From Squalus acanthias (taxonomy: Eukaryota): 64,000 nucleotides of DNA. The stretch is taken from positions 4,094,001-4,158,000 of the forward strand of contig JASTWF010000033.1 in the NCBI GenBank assembly GCA_030390025.1, in the 5' to 3' direction. A model generated the notes under the pieces. It had not been told where the DNA came from. It saw only the letters and a list, made by a program, of their open reading frames with translations, and made no database searches. Below are positions 1-15,000 of this stretch, piece by piece; the stretch's first letter is position 1, and every line of letters begins with the position of its first letter. The position numbers were made by a program, and so were the translations under genes.

Positions 1-3000
1 GCATGGACACATACACAGTGCGAGCCTTGTCCTCTTGTAAACACTCAGAGGGCAGCAGAGGTCGCTACACATACACAGTGCGAGCCTTGTCCTGTGGTAA
101 ACACTCAGAGGGCAGCAGAGTGCGCTACACATACACAGTGCGAGCCTTGTCCTGTGGTAAACACTCAGAGGGCAGCAGGGAGACATACACAGTGCGAGCC
201 TTGTCCTGTGGTAAACACTCAGAGCGCAGCAGGGTGCGCTACACATACACAGTGCGAGCCTGGTCCTGTGGTAAACACTCAGAGGGCAGCAGGGACACAT
301 ACACAGTGCGAGCCTTGTCCTGTGGTAAACACTCAGAGGGCAGCAGGGACACATACACAGTGCGAGCCTTGTCCTGTGGTAAACACTCAGAGGGCAGCAG
401 AGTGCGCTACACATACACAGTGCGAGCCTTGTCCTGTGGTAAACACTCAGAGGGCAGCAGAGTGCGCTACACATACACAGTGCGAGCCTTGTCCTGTGGT
501 AAACACTCAGAGGGCAGCAGAGTGCGCTACACATACACAGTGCGAGCCTTGTCCTGTGGTAAACACTCAGAGGGCAGCAGAGTGCGCTACACATACACAG
601 TGCGAGCCTTGTCCTGTGGTAAACACTCAGAGGGCAGCAGAGTGCGCTACACATACACAGTGCGAGCCTTGTCCTGTGGTAAACACTCAGAGGGCAGCAG
701 AGTGCGCTACACATACACAGTGCGAGCCTTGTCCTGTGGTAAACACTCAGAGGGCAGCAGAGTGCGCTACACATACACAGTGCGAGCCTTGTCCTGTGGT
801 AAACACTCAGAGGGCAGCAGAGTGCGCTACACATACACAGTGCGAGCCTTGTCCTGTGGTAAACACTCAGAGGGCAGCAGGGACACATACACAGTGCGAG
901 CCTTGTCCTGTGGTAAACACTCAGAGGGCAGCAGAGTGCGCTACACATACACAGTGCGAGCCTTGTCCTGTGGTAAACACTCAGAGGGCAGCAGAGTGCA
1001 CTACACATACACAGTGCGAGCCTTGTCCTGTGGTAAACACTCAGAGGGCAGCAGGGACACATACACAGTGCGAGCCTTGTCCTGTGGTAAACACTCAGAG
1101 GGCAGCAGAGTGCGCTGCACATACACAGTGCGAGCCCTGTCCTGTGGTAAACACTCAGAGGGCAGCAGGGACATATGCACAGTGCGAGCCTTGTCCTGTG
1201 GTAAACACTCAGAGGGCAGCAGAGTGCGCGACACATACACAGTGCGAGCCTTGTCCTGTGTAAACACTCAGAGGGCAGCAGGGACACATACACAGTGCGA
1301 GCCTTGTCTGTGGTAAACACTCAGAGGGCAGCAGGGACACATACACAGTGCGAGCCTTGTCCTGTGGTAAACACTAAGAGGGCAGCAGAGTGCGCTGCAC
1401 ATACACAGTGCGAGCCTTGTCCTGAGGTAAACACTCAGAGGGCAGCAGGGACACATACACAGTGCGAGCCTTGTCCTGTGGTAAACACTCAGAGGGCAGC
1501 AGAGTGCGCTACACACACACAGTGCGAGCCTTGTCCTGTGGTAAACACTCAGAGTGCAGCAGGGACACATACACAGTGCGAGCCTTGTCCTGTGGTAAAC
1601 ACTCAGAGGGCAGCAGAGTGCGCTACACATACACAGTGCGAGCCTTGTCCTGTGGTAAACACTCAGAGGGCAGCAGGGTGCGCTACACATACACAGTGCG
1701 AGCCTTGTCCTGTGGTAAACACTCAGAGGGCAGCAGGGACACATACACAGTGCGAGCCTTGTCCTGTGGAAAACACTCAGAGAGCAGCAGAGTGCGCTAC
1801 ACATACACAGTGCGAGCCTTGTCCTGTGGTAAACACTCAGAGGGCAGCAGGGACACATACAGAGTGCGAGCCTTGTCCTGTGGTAAACACTCAGAGGGCA
1901 GCAGGGACACATACACAGTGCGAGCCTTGTCCTGTGGTAAACACTCAGAGGGCAGCAGGGACACATACACAGTGCGAGCCTTGTCCTGTGGTAAACACTC
2001 AGAGGGCTGCAGAGTGCGCTACACATACACAGTGCGAGCCTTGTCCTGTGGTAAACACTCAGAGGGCAGCAGAGTGCGCTACACATACACAGTGCGAGCC
2101 TTGTCCTGTGGTAAACACTCAGAGGGCAGCAGAGTGCGTTACACATACACAGTGCGAGCCTCGTCCTGTGCTAAACACTCAGAGGGCAGCAGGGTGCGCT
2201 ACACATACACAGTGCGAGCCTTGTCCTGTGGTAAACACTCAGAGGGCAGCAGCGACACATACACAGTGCGAGCCTTGTCCTGTGGTAAACACTCAGAGGG
2301 CAGCAGAGTGCGCTGCACATACACAGTGCGAGCCTTGTCCTGTGCTAAACACTCAGAGGGCAGCAGAGTGCGCTACACATACACAGTGCGAGCCTTGTCC
2401 TGTGGTAAACACTCAGAGGGCAGCAGGGACACATACACAGTGCGAGCCTTGTCCTGTGGTAAACAGTCAGAGGGCAGCAGAGTGCGCTACACATACACAG
2501 TGCGAGCCTTGTCCTGTGGTAAACACTCAGAGGGCAGCAGAGTGCGGTACACATACACAGTGCGAGCCTTGTCCTGTGGTAAACACTCAGAGGGCAGCAG
2601 AGTGCGCTACACATACACAGTGCGAGCCTTGTCCTGTGGTAAACACTCAGAGGGCAGCAGAGTGCGCTACACATACACAGTGGGAGCCTTGTCCTGTGGT
2701 AAACACTCAGAGGGCAGCAGGGTGCGCTACACATACACAGTGCGAGCCTTGTCCTGTGGTAAACACTCAGAGGGCAGCAGAGTGCGCTACACATACACAG
2801 TGCGAGCCTTGTCCTGTGGTAAACACTCAGAGGGCAGCAGGGACACATACACAGTGCGAGCCTTGTCCTGTGGTAAACTCTCAGAGTGCAGCAGAGTTCG
2901 GTACACATACACAGTGCAAGCCTTGTCCTGTGGTAAACACTCAGAGGGCAGCAGAGTGCGCTACACATACACAGTGCGAGCCTTGTCCTGTGGTAAAAAC

Positions 3001-6000
3001 TCAGAGGGCAGCAGGGAGACATACACTGTGCGAGCCTTGTCCTGTGGAAAACATTCAGAGCGCAGCTGGGTGCGCTACACATACACAGTGAGAGTCTGGT
3101 CCTGTGGTAAACACTCAGAGGGCAGCAGGGACACATACACAGTGCGAGCCTTGTCCTGTGGTAAACACTCAGAGGGCAGCAGGGACACATACACAATGCG
3201 AGCCTTGTCCTGTGGTAAACACTGAGAGGGTTGCAGAGTGCGCTACACATACACAGTGCGAGCCTTGTCCTGTGGTAAACACTGAGAGGGTTGCAGAGTG
3301 CGCTACACATACACAGTGCGAGCCTTGTCCTGTGGTAAACACTCAGAGGGCAGCAGAGTGCGCTACACATACACAGTGCGAGCCTTGTCCTGTGGTAAAC
3401 ACTCAGAGGGCAGCAGAGTGCGCTACACATACACAGTGCGAGCCTTGTCCTGTGGTAAACACTCAGAGGGCAGCAGAGTGCGCTACACATACACAGTGCG
3501 AGCCTTGTCCTGTGGTAAACACTCAGAGGGCAGCAGAGTGCGCTACACATACACAGTGCGAGCCTTGTCCTGTGGTAAACACTCAGAGGGCAGCAGAGTG
3601 CGGTACACATACACAGTGCGAGCCTTGTCCTGTGGTAAACACTCAGAGGGCAGCAGAGTGCGCTACACATACACAGTGCGAGCCTTGTCCTGTGGTAAAC
3701 ACTCAGAGGGCAGCAGGGGCACATACACAGTGCGAGCCTTGTCCTGTGGTAAACACTCAGAGGGCAGCAGAGTGCGCTACACATACACAGTGCGAGCCTT
3801 GTCCTGTGGTAAACACTCAGAGGGCAGCAGAGTGCGCTACACATACACAGTGCGAGCCTTGTCCTGTGGTAAACACTCAGAGGGCAGCAGGGACACATAC
3901 ACAGTGCGAGACTTGTCCTGTGGTAAACACTCAGAGGGCAGCAGAGTGCGCTACACATACACAGTGCGAGCCTTGTCCTGTGGTAAACACTCAGAGGGCA
4001 GCAGGGACACATACACAGTGCGAGCCTTGTCCTGTGGTAAACACTCAGAGGGCAGCAGAGTGCGCTACACATACACCGTGCGAGCCTTGTCCTGTGGTAA
4101 ACACTCAGAGGGCAGCAGGGACACATACACAGTGCGAGCCTTGTCCTGTGGTAAACACTCAGAGGGCAGCAGGGTGCGCTACACATACACAGTGCGAGCC
4201 TTGTCCTGTGGTAAACACTCAGAGGGCAGCAGAGTGCGCCACATATACACAGTGCGAGCCTTGTCCTGTGGTAAATACTCAGAGGGCAGCAGAGTGCGCT
4301 ACACATACACAGTGCGAGCCTTGTCCTGTGGTAAACACTCAGAGGGCAGCAGAGTGCGTACACATACACAGTGCGAGCCTTGTTCTGTGGTAAACACTCA
4401 GAGGGCAGCAGAGTGTGTTATACATACACAGTGCGAGCCTTGTCCTGTGGTAAACACTCAGAGGGCAGCAGAGTGCGTCATACATACACATTGCCAGCCT
4501 TGTCTTGTGGTAAACACTCAGAGGGCAGCAGAGTGCGCTACACATACACAGTGCGAGCCTTGTCCTGTGGGAAACACTCAGAGGGCAGTAGAGTGCGCTA
4601 CACATACACAGTGCGAGCCTGGTCCTGTGGTAATCACTCAGGGGGCAGCAGAGTGCGCTACACATACACAGTGCGAGCCTTGTCCTGTGTAAACACTCAG
4701 AGGGCAGCAGGGACACATACACAGTGCGAGCCTTGTCCTGTGGTACACACTCAGAGGGCAGCAGAGCGCGCTACACATACACAGTGCGAGCCTTGTCCTG
4801 TGTAAACACTCAGAGGGCAGCAGGGACACATACACAGTGCGAGCCTTGTTCTGTGGTAAACACTCAGAGGGCAGCAGGGACACATACACAGTGCGAGCCT
4901 TGTCCTCTGGTAAACACTAAGAGGGCAGCAGAGTGCGCTGCACATACACAATGCGAGCCGTCTCCTGTGGAAAACACTCAGAGGGCAGCAGGGACACATA
5001 CACAGTGCGAGCCTTGTCCTGTGGTAAACACTGAGAGGGCAGCAGAGTGCGCTACCCACACACAGTGCGAGCCTTGTCCTGTGGTAAACTCTCAGAGTGC
5101 AGCAGGGACACATACACAGTGCGAGCCTTGTCCTGTGGTAAACACTCAGAGGGCAGCAGAGTGCGCTACACATACACAGTGCGAGCCTTGTCCTGTGGTA
5201 AACACTCAGAGTGCAGCAGGGTGCGCTACACATACACAGTGCGAGCCTTGTCCTGTGGTAAACACTCAGAGGGCAGCAGGGACACATACACAGTGCGAGC
5301 CTTGTCCTGTGGAAAACACTCAGAGCGCAGCAGAGTGCGCTACACATACACAGTGCGAGCCTTGTCCTGTGGTAAACACTCAGAGGGCAGCAGGGACACA
5401 TACACAGTGCGAGCCTTGTCCTGTGGTAAACACTCAGAGGGCAGCAGGGACACATACACAGTGCGAGCCTTGTCCTGTGGTAAACACTCAGAGGGCAGCA
5501 GGGACACATACACAGTGCGAGCCGTGTCCTGTGGTAAACACTCAGAGGGCAGCAGGGACACATACACAGTGCGAGCCTTGTCCTGTGGTAAACACTGAGA
5601 GGGCTGCAGAGTGCGCTACACATACACAGTGCGAGCCTTGTCCTGTGGTAAACACTCAGAGGGCAGCAGAGTGCGCTATACATACACAGTGCGAGCCTTG
5701 TCCTGTGGTAAACACTCAGAGGGCAGCAGAGTGCGCTACACATACACAGTGCGAGCCTCGTCCTGTGCTAAACACTCAGAGGGCAGCAGGGTGCGCTACA
5801 CATACACAGTGCGAGCCTTGTCCTGTGGTAAACACTCAGGGGCAGCAGCGACACATACACAGTGCGAGCCTTGTCCTGTGGTAAACACTCAGAGGGCAGC
5901 AGAGTGCGCTGCACAGACACAGTGCGAGCCTTGTCCTGTGTTAAACACTCAGAGGGCAGCAGAGTGCGCTACACATACACAGTGCGAGCCTTGTCCTCTG

Positions 6001-9000
6001 GTAAACACTCATAGGGCAGCAGGGACACATACACAGTGCGAGCCGGGTCCTGTGGTAAACAATCAGAGGGCAGCAGAGTGCGCTACACATACACAGTGCG
6101 AGCCTTGTCCTGTGGTAAACACTCAGAGGGCAGCAGAGTGCGGTACACATACACAGTGCAAGCCTTGTCCTGTGGTAAACACTCAGAGGGCAGCAGAGTG
6201 CGCTACACATACAGTGCGAGCCTTGTCCTGTGGTAAACACTCGGAGGGCAGCAGGGTGCGCTACACATAAACAGTGGGAGCCTTGTCCTGTGGTAAACAC
6301 TCAGAGGGCAGCAGGGTGCGCTACACATACACAGTGCGAGCCTTGTCCTGTGGTAAACACTCAGAGGGCTGCAGAGTGCGCTACACTTACACAGTGCGAG
6401 CCTTGTCCTGTGGTAAACACTCAGAGGGCAGCAGGGTGCGCTACACATACACAATGCGAGCCTTGTCCTGTGGTAAACACTCAGAGGGCAGCAGGGACAC
6501 ATACACAGTGCGAGCCTTGTCCTGTGGTAAACTCTCAGAGTGCAGCATGGACACATACACAGTGCGAGCCTTGTCCTCTTGTAAACACTCAGAGGGCAGC
6601 AGAGTTCGGTACACATACACAGTGCAAGCCTTGTCCTGTGGTAAACACTCAGAGGGCAGCAGAGTGCGCTACACATACACAGTGCGAGCCTTGTCCTGTG
6701 GTAAAAACTCAGAGGGCAGCAGGGAGACAGACACTGTGCGAGCCTTGTCCTGTGGAAAACATTCAGAGCGCAGCTGGGTGCGCTACACATACACAGTGAG
6801 AGTCTGGTCCTGTGGTAAACACTCAGAGGGCAGCAGGGACACATACACAGTGCGAGCCTTGTCCTGTGGTAAACACTCAGAGGGCAGCAGGACACATACA
6901 CAGTGCGAGCCTTGTCCTGTGGTAAACACTGAGAGGGTTGCAGAGTGCGCTGCACATACACAGTGCGAGCCTTGTCCTGTGGTAAACACTGAGAGGGTAG
7001 CAGAGTGCGCTACACATACACAGTGCGAGCCTTGTCCTGTGGTAAACACTCAGAGGGCAGCAGAGTGCGCTACACATACACAGTGCGAGCCTGGTCCTGT
7101 GGTAAACACTCAGAGGGCAGCAGAGTGCGCTACACATACACAGTGCGAGCCTTGTCCTGTGGTAAACACTCAGAGGGCAGCAGAGTGCGCTACACATACA
7201 CAGTGCGAGCCTGGTCCTGTGGTAAACACTCAGAGGGCAGCAGAGTGCGCTACACACACACAGTGCGAGCCTTGTCCTCTGGTAAACACTCAGGGGCAGC
7301 AGAGTGCGCTACACATACACCGTGCGAGCCTTGTCCTGTGGTAAACACTCAGAGGGCAGCAGAGTGCGCTACACATACACAGTGCGAGCCTTGTCCTGTG
7401 GTAAACACTCAGAGGGCAGCAGGGGCACATACACAGTGCGAGCCTTGTCCTGTGGTAAACACTCAGAGGGCAGCAGAGTGCGCTACACATACACAGTGCG
7501 AGCCTTGTCCTGTGGTAAACACTCAGAGGGCAGCAGAGTGCACTACACATACACAGTGCGAGCCTTGTCCTGTGGTAAACACTCAGAGGGCAGCAGGGAC
7601 ACATACACAGTGCGAGCCTTGTCCTGTGGTAAACACTCAGAGGGCAGCAGATTGCGCTGCACATACACAGTGCGAGCCTTGTCCTGTGGTAAACACTCAG
7701 AGGGCAGCAGGGACACATACACAGTGCGAGCCTTGTCCTGTGGTAAACACTCAGAGGGCAGCAGAGTGCGCTACACATACACAGTGCGAGCCTTGTCCTG
7801 TGGTAAACACTCAGAGGGCTTCAGGGTTGGCTACACATACACAGTGCGAGCCTTGTCCTGTGGTAAACACTCAGAGGGCAGCAGCGACACATACACAGTG
7901 CGAGCCTTGTCCTGTGGTAAACACTCAGAGGGCAGCAGAGTGCGCTGCACATACACAGTGCGAGCCTTGTCCTGTGCTAAACACTCAGAGGGCAGCAGAG
8001 TGCGCTACACATACACAGTGCGAGCCTTGTCCTCTGGTAAACACTCATAGGGCAGCAGGGACACATACACAGTGCGAGCCGGGTCCTGTGGTAAACAGTC
8101 AGAGGGCAGCAGAGTGCGCTACACATACACAGTGCGAGCCTTGTCCTGTGGTAAACACTCAGAGGGCAGCAGAGTGCGGTACACATACACAGTGCAAGCC
8201 TTGTCCTGTGGGAAACACTCAGAGGGCAGCAGAGTGCGCTACACATACAGTGCGAGCCTTGTCCTGTGGTAAACACTCGGAGGGCAGCAGGGTGCGCTAC
8301 ACATAAACAGTGGGAGCCTTGTCCTGTGGTAAACACTCAGAGGGCAGCAGGGTGCGCTACACATACACAGTGCGAGCCTTGTCCTGTGGTAAACACTCAG
8401 AGGGCTGCAGAGTGCGCTACACTTACACAGTGCGAGCCTTGTCCTGTGGTAAACACTCAGAGGGCAGCAGGGTGCGCTACACATACACAATGCGAGCCTT
8501 GTCCTGTGGTAAACACTCAGAGGGCAGCAGGGACACATACACAGTGCGAGCCTTGTCCTGTGGTAAACTCTCAGAGTGCAGCATGGACACATACACAGTG
8601 CGAGCCTTGTCCTGTGGTAAACTCTCAGAGTGCAGCATGGACACATACACAGTGCGAGCCTTGTCCTCTTGTAAACACTCAGAGGGCAGCAGAGTTCGGG
8701 ACACATACACAGTGCAAGCCTTGTCCTGTGGTAAACACTCAGAGGGCAGCAGAGTGCGCTACACATACACAGTGCGAGCCTTGTCCTGTGGTAAAAACTC
8801 AGAGGGCAGCAGGGAGACATACACTGTGCGAGCCTTGTCCTGTGGAAAACATTCAGAGCGCAGCTGGGTGCGCTACACATACACAGTGAGAGTCTGGTCC
8901 TGTGGTAAACACTCAGAGGGCAGCAGGGACACATACACAGTGCGAGCCTTGTCCTGTGGTAAACACTCAGAGGGCAGCAGGGACACATACACAATGCGAG

Positions 9001-12000
9001 CCTTGTCCTGTGGTAAACACTGAGAGGGTTGCAGAGTGCGCTGCACATACACAGTGCGAGCCTTGTCCTGTGGTAAACACTGAGAGGGTTGCAGAGTGCG
9101 CTACACATACACAGTGCGAGCCTTGTCCTGTGGTAAACACTCAGAGGGCAGCAGAGTGCGCTACACATACACAGTGCGAGCCTGGTCCTGTGGTAAACAC
9201 TCAGAGGGCAGAAGAGTGCGCTACACATACACAGTGCGAGCCTTGTCCTGTGGTAAACACTCAGAGGGCAGCAGAGTGCGCTACACATACACACTGCGAG
9301 CCTGGTCCTGTGGTAAACACTCAGAGGGCAGCAGAGTGCGCTACACACACACAGTGCGAGCCTTGTCCTCTGGTAAACACTCAGGGGGCAGCAGAGTGCG
9401 GTACACATACACCGTGCGAGCCTTGTCCTGTGGTAAACACTCAGAGGGCAGAAGAGTGCGCTACACATACACAGTGCGAGCCTTGTCCTGTGGTAAACAC
9501 TCAGAGGGCAGCAGGGGCACATACACAGTGCGAGCCATTCCTGTGGTAAACACTCAGAGGGCAGAAGAGTGCGCTACACATACACAGTGCGAGCCTGGTC
9601 CTCTGGTAAACACTCAGAGGGCCGAAGAGTGCACTACACATACACAGTGCGAGCCTTGTCCTGTGGTAAACACTCAGAGGGCAGCAGGGACACATACACA
9701 GTGCGAGACTTGTCCTGTGGTAAACACTCAGAGGGCAGTAGATTGCGCTGCACATAGACAGTGCGAGCCCTGTCCTGTGGTAAACACTCAGAGGGCAGCA
9801 GGGACACATACACAGTGCGAGCCTTGTCCTGTGGTAAACTCTCAGAGGGCAGCAGAGTGCGCTACACATACACCGTGCGAGCCTTGTCCTGTGGTAAACA
9901 CTCAGAGGGCAGCAGGGACACATACACAGTGCGAGCCTTGTCATGCGGTACACACTCAGAGGGCGGCAGGGTGCGCTACACATACACAGTGCGAGCCTTG
10001 TCCTGTGGTAAACACTCAGAGGGCAGCAGAGTGCGCCACATATACACAGTGCCAGCTTTGTCCTGTGGTAAATACTCAGAGGGCAGCAGAGTGCGCTACA
10101 TATACACAGTGCGAGCCTTGTCCTGTGGTAAACACTCAGAGGGCAGCAGAGTGCGTTATACATACACAGTGCGAGCCTTGTCCTGTGGTAAACACTCAGA
10201 GGGCAGCAGAGTGTGTTATACATACACAGTGCGAGCCTTGTCCTGTGGTAAACACTCAGAGGGCAGCAGAGTGCGTCATACATACACATTGCGAGCCTTG
10301 TCTTGTGGTAAACACTCAGAGGGCAGCAGAGTGCGCTACACATACACAGTGCGAGCCTTGTCCTGTGGGAAACACTCAGAGGGCAGTAGAGTGCGCTACA
10401 CACACACAGTGCGAGCCTTGTCCTCTGGTAATCACTCAGGGGGCAGCAGAGTGCGGTACACATACACAGTGCGAGCCTTGTCCTGTGGTAAACACTCAGA
10501 GGGCAGCAAAGTGCGCTACACAGACACAATGCGAGCATTGTCCTGTGGTAAACACTCAGAGGGCAGCAGGGACACATACACAGTGCGAGCCTTGTCCTGT
10601 GGTAAACACTCAGAGGGCAGCAGGGACACATACACAGTGCGAGCCTTGTCCTGTGGTAAACTCTCAGAGTGCAGCATGGACACATACACAGTGCGAGCCT
10701 TGTCCTCTTCTAAACACTCAGAGGGCAGCAGAGTTCGGTACACATACACAGTGCAAGCCTTGTCCTGTGGTAAACACTCAGAGGGCAGCAGAGTGCGCTA
10801 CACATACACAGTGCGAGCCTTGTCCTGTGGTAAAAACTCAGAGGGCAGCAGGGAGACATACACTGTGCGAGCCTTGTCCTGTGGAAAACACTCAGAGCGC
10901 AGCAGGGTGCGCTACACATACACAGTGAGAGTCTGGTCCTGTGGTAAACACTCAGAGGGCAGCAGGGACACATACACAGTGCGAGCCTTGTCCTGTGGTA
11001 AACACTCAGAGGGCAGCAGGGACACATACACAATGCGAGCCTTGTCCTGTGGTAAATACTGAGAGGGTTGCAGAGAGCGCTGCACATACACAGTGCGAGC
11101 CTTGTCCTGTGGTAAACACTGAGAGGTTGCAGAGTGCGCTACACATACACAGTGCGAGCCTTGTCCTGTGGTAAACACTCAGAGGGCAGGAGAGTGCGCT
11201 ACACATACACAGTGCGAGCCTGGTCCTGTGGTAAACACTCAGAGGGCAGAAGAGTGCGCTACACATACACAGTGCGAGCCTTGTCCTGTGGTAAACACTC
11301 AGAGGGCAGCAGAGTGCGCTACACATACACACTGCGAGCCTGGTCCTGTGGTAAACACTCAGAGGGCAGCAGAGTGCGCTACACACACACAGTGCGAGCC
11401 TTGTCCTCTGGTAAACACTCAGGGGCAGCAGAGTGCGGTACACATACACAGTGCGAGCCTTGTCCTGTGGTAAACACTCAGAGGGCAGAAGAGTGCGCTA
11501 CACATACACAGTGCGAGCCTTGTCCTGTGGTAAACACTCAGAGGGCAGCAGGGGCACATACACAGTGCGAGCCATTCCTGTGGTAAACACTCAGAGGGCA
11601 GAAGAGTGCGCTACACATACACAGTGCGAGCCTGGTCCTGTGGTAAACACTCAGAGGGCCGCAGAGTGCACTACACATACACAGTGCGAGCCTTGTCCTG
11701 TGGTAAACACTCAGAGGGCAGCAGGGACACATACACAGTGCGAGACTTGTCCTGTGGTAAACACTCAGAGGGCAGTAGATTGCGCTGCACATACACAGTG
11801 CGAGCCCTGTCCTGTGGTAAACACTCAGAGGGCAGCAGGGACACATACACAGTGCGAGCCTTGTCCTGTGGTAAACTCTCAGAGGGCAGCAGAGTGCGTT
11901 ATACATACACAGTGCGAGCCTCGTCCTGTGCTAAACACTCAGAGGGCAGCAGGGTGGGCTACACATACACAGTGCGAGCCTTGTCCTGTGGTAAACACTC

Positions 12001-15000
12001 AGGGGGCAGCAGCGACACATACACAGTGCGAGCCTTGTCCTGTGGTAAACACTCAGAGGGCAGCAGAGTGCGCTGCACATACACAGTGCGAGCCTTGTCC
12101 GGTGCTAAACACTCAGAGGGCAGCAGAGTGCGCTACACATACACAGTGCGAGCCTTGTCCTCTGGTAAACACTCATAGGGCAGCAGGGACACATACACAG
12201 TGCGAGCCGGGTCCTGTGGTAAACAGTCAGAGGGCAGCAGAGTGCGCTACACATACACAGTGCGAGCCTTGTCCTGTGGTAAACACTCAGAGGGCAGCAG
12301 AGTGCGGTACACATACACAGTGCAAGCCTTGTCCTGTGGTAAACACTCAGAGGGCAGCAGAGTGCGCTACACATACAGTGCGAGCCTTGTCCTGTGGTAA
12401 ACACTCGGAGGGCAGCAGGGTGCGCTACACATAAACAGTGGGAGCCTTGTCCTGTGGTAAACACTCAGAGGGCAGCAGGGTGCGCTACACATACACAGTG
12501 CGAGCCTTGTCCTGTGGTAAACACTCAGAGGGCTGCAGAGTGCGCTACACTTACACAGTGCGAGCCTTGTCCTGTGGTAAACACTCAGAGGGCAGCAGGG
12601 TGCGCTACACATACACAATGCGAGCCTTGTCCTGTGGTAAACACTCAGAGGGCAGCAGGGACACATACACAGTGCGAGCCTTGTCCTGTGGTAAACTCTC
12701 AGAGTGCAGCATGGACACATACACAGTGCGAGCCTTGTCCTCTTGTAAACACTCAGAGGGCAGCAGAGTTCGGTACACATACACAGTGCAAGCCTTGTCC
12801 TGTGGTAAACACTCAGAGGGCAGCAGAGTGCGCTACACATACACAGTGCGAGCCTTGTCCTGTGGTAAAACTCAGAGGGCAGCAGGGAGACATACACTGT
12901 GCGAGCCTTGTCCTGTGGAAAACATTCAGAGCGCAGCTGGGTGCGCTACACATACACAGTGAGAGTCTGGTCCTGTGGTAAACACTCAGAGGGCAGCAGG
13001 GACACATACACAGTGCGAGCCTTGTCCTGTGGTAAACACTCAGAGGGCAGCAGGGACACATACACAATGCGAGCCTTGTCCTGTGGTAAACACTGAGAGG
13101 GTTGCAGAGTGCGCTGCACATACACAGTGCGAGCCTTGTCCTGTGGTAAACACTGAGAGGGTTGCAGACTGCGCTACACATACACAGTGCGAGCCTTGTC
13201 CTGTGGTAAACACTCAGAGGGCAGCAGAGTGCGCTACACATACACAGTGCGAGCCTGGTCCTGTGGTAAACACTCAGAGGGCAGAAGAGTGCGCTACACA
13301 TACATAGTGCGAGCCTTGTCCTGTGGTAAACACTCAGAGGGCAGCAGAGTGCGCTACACATACACACTGCGAGCCTGGTCCTGTGGTAAACACTCAGAGG
13401 GCAGCAGAGTGCGCTACACACACACAGTGCGAGCCTTGTCCTCTGGTAAACACTCAGGGGGCAGCAGAGTGCGGTACACATACACCGTGCGAGCCTTGTC
13501 CTGTGGTAAACACTCAGAGGGCAGAAGAGTGCGCAACACATACACAGTGCGAGCCTTGTCCTGTGGTAAACACTCAGAGGGCAGCAGAGTGCGTTATACA
13601 TACACAGTGCGAGCCTTGTCCTGTGGTAAACACTCAGAGGGCAGCAGAGTGTGTTATACATACACAGTGCGAGCCTTGTCCTGTGGTAAACACTCAGAGG
13701 GCAGCAGAGTGCGTCATACATACACATTGCGAGCCTTGTCTTGTGGTAAACACTCAGAGGGCAGCAGAGTGCGCTACACATACACAGTGCGAGCCTTGTC
13801 CTGTGGTAAACACTCAGAGGGCTGCAGAGTGCGCTACACTTACACAGTGCGAGCCTTGTCCTGTGGTAAACACTCAGAGGGCAGCAGGGACACATACACA
13901 GTGCGAGCCTTGTCCTGTGGTAAACTCTCAGAGTGCAGCAGAGTTCGGTACACATACACAGTGCAAGCCTTGTCCTGTGGTAAACACTCAGAGGGCAGCA
14001 GAGTGCGCTACACATACACAGTGCGAGCCTTGTCCTGTGGTAAAAACTCAGAGGGCAGCAGGGAGACATACACTGTGCGAGCCTTGTCCTGTGGAAAACA
14101 TTCAGAGCGCAGCTGGGTGCGCTACACATACACAGTGAGAGTCTGGTCCTGTGGTAAACACTCAGAGGGCAGCAGGGACACATACACAGTGCGAGCCTTG
14201 TCCTGTGGTAAACACTCAGAGGGCAGCAGGGACACATACACAATGCGAGCCTTGTCCTGTGGTAAACACTGAGAGGGTTGCAGAGTGCGCTGCACATACA
14301 CAGTGCGAGCCTTGTCCTGTGGTAAACACTGAGAGGGTTGAAGAGTGCGCTACACATACACAGTGCGAGCCTTGTCCTGTGGTAAACACTCAGAGGGCAG
14401 CAGAGTGCGCTACACATACACAGTGCGAGCCTGGTCCTGTGGTAAACACTCAGAGGGCAGAAGAGTGCGCTACACATACACAGTGCGAGCCTTGTCCTGT
14501 GGTAAACACTCAGAGGGCAGCAGAGTGCGCTACACATACACACTGCGAGCCTGGTCCTGTGGTAAACACTCAGAGGGCAGCAGAGTGCGCTACACACACA
14601 CACAGTGCGAGCCTTGTCCTCTGGTAAACACTCAGGGGGCAGCAGAGTGCGGTACACATACACCGTGCGAGCCTTGTCCTGTGGTAAAAACTCAGAGGGC
14701 AGAAGAGTGCGCTACACATACACAGTGCGAGCCTTGTCCTGTGGTAAACACTCAGAGGGCAGCAGGGGCACATACACAGTGCGAGCCATTCCTGCGGTAA
14801 ACACTCAGAGGGCAGAAGAGTGCGCTACACATACACAGTGCGAGCCTGGTCCTCTGGTAAACACTCAGAGGGCCGAAGAGTGCACTACACATACACAGTG
14901 CGAGCCTTGTCCTGTGGTAAACACTCAGAGGGCAGCAGGGACACATACACAGTGCGAGACTTGTCCTGTGGTAAACACTCAGAGGGCAGTAGATTGCGCT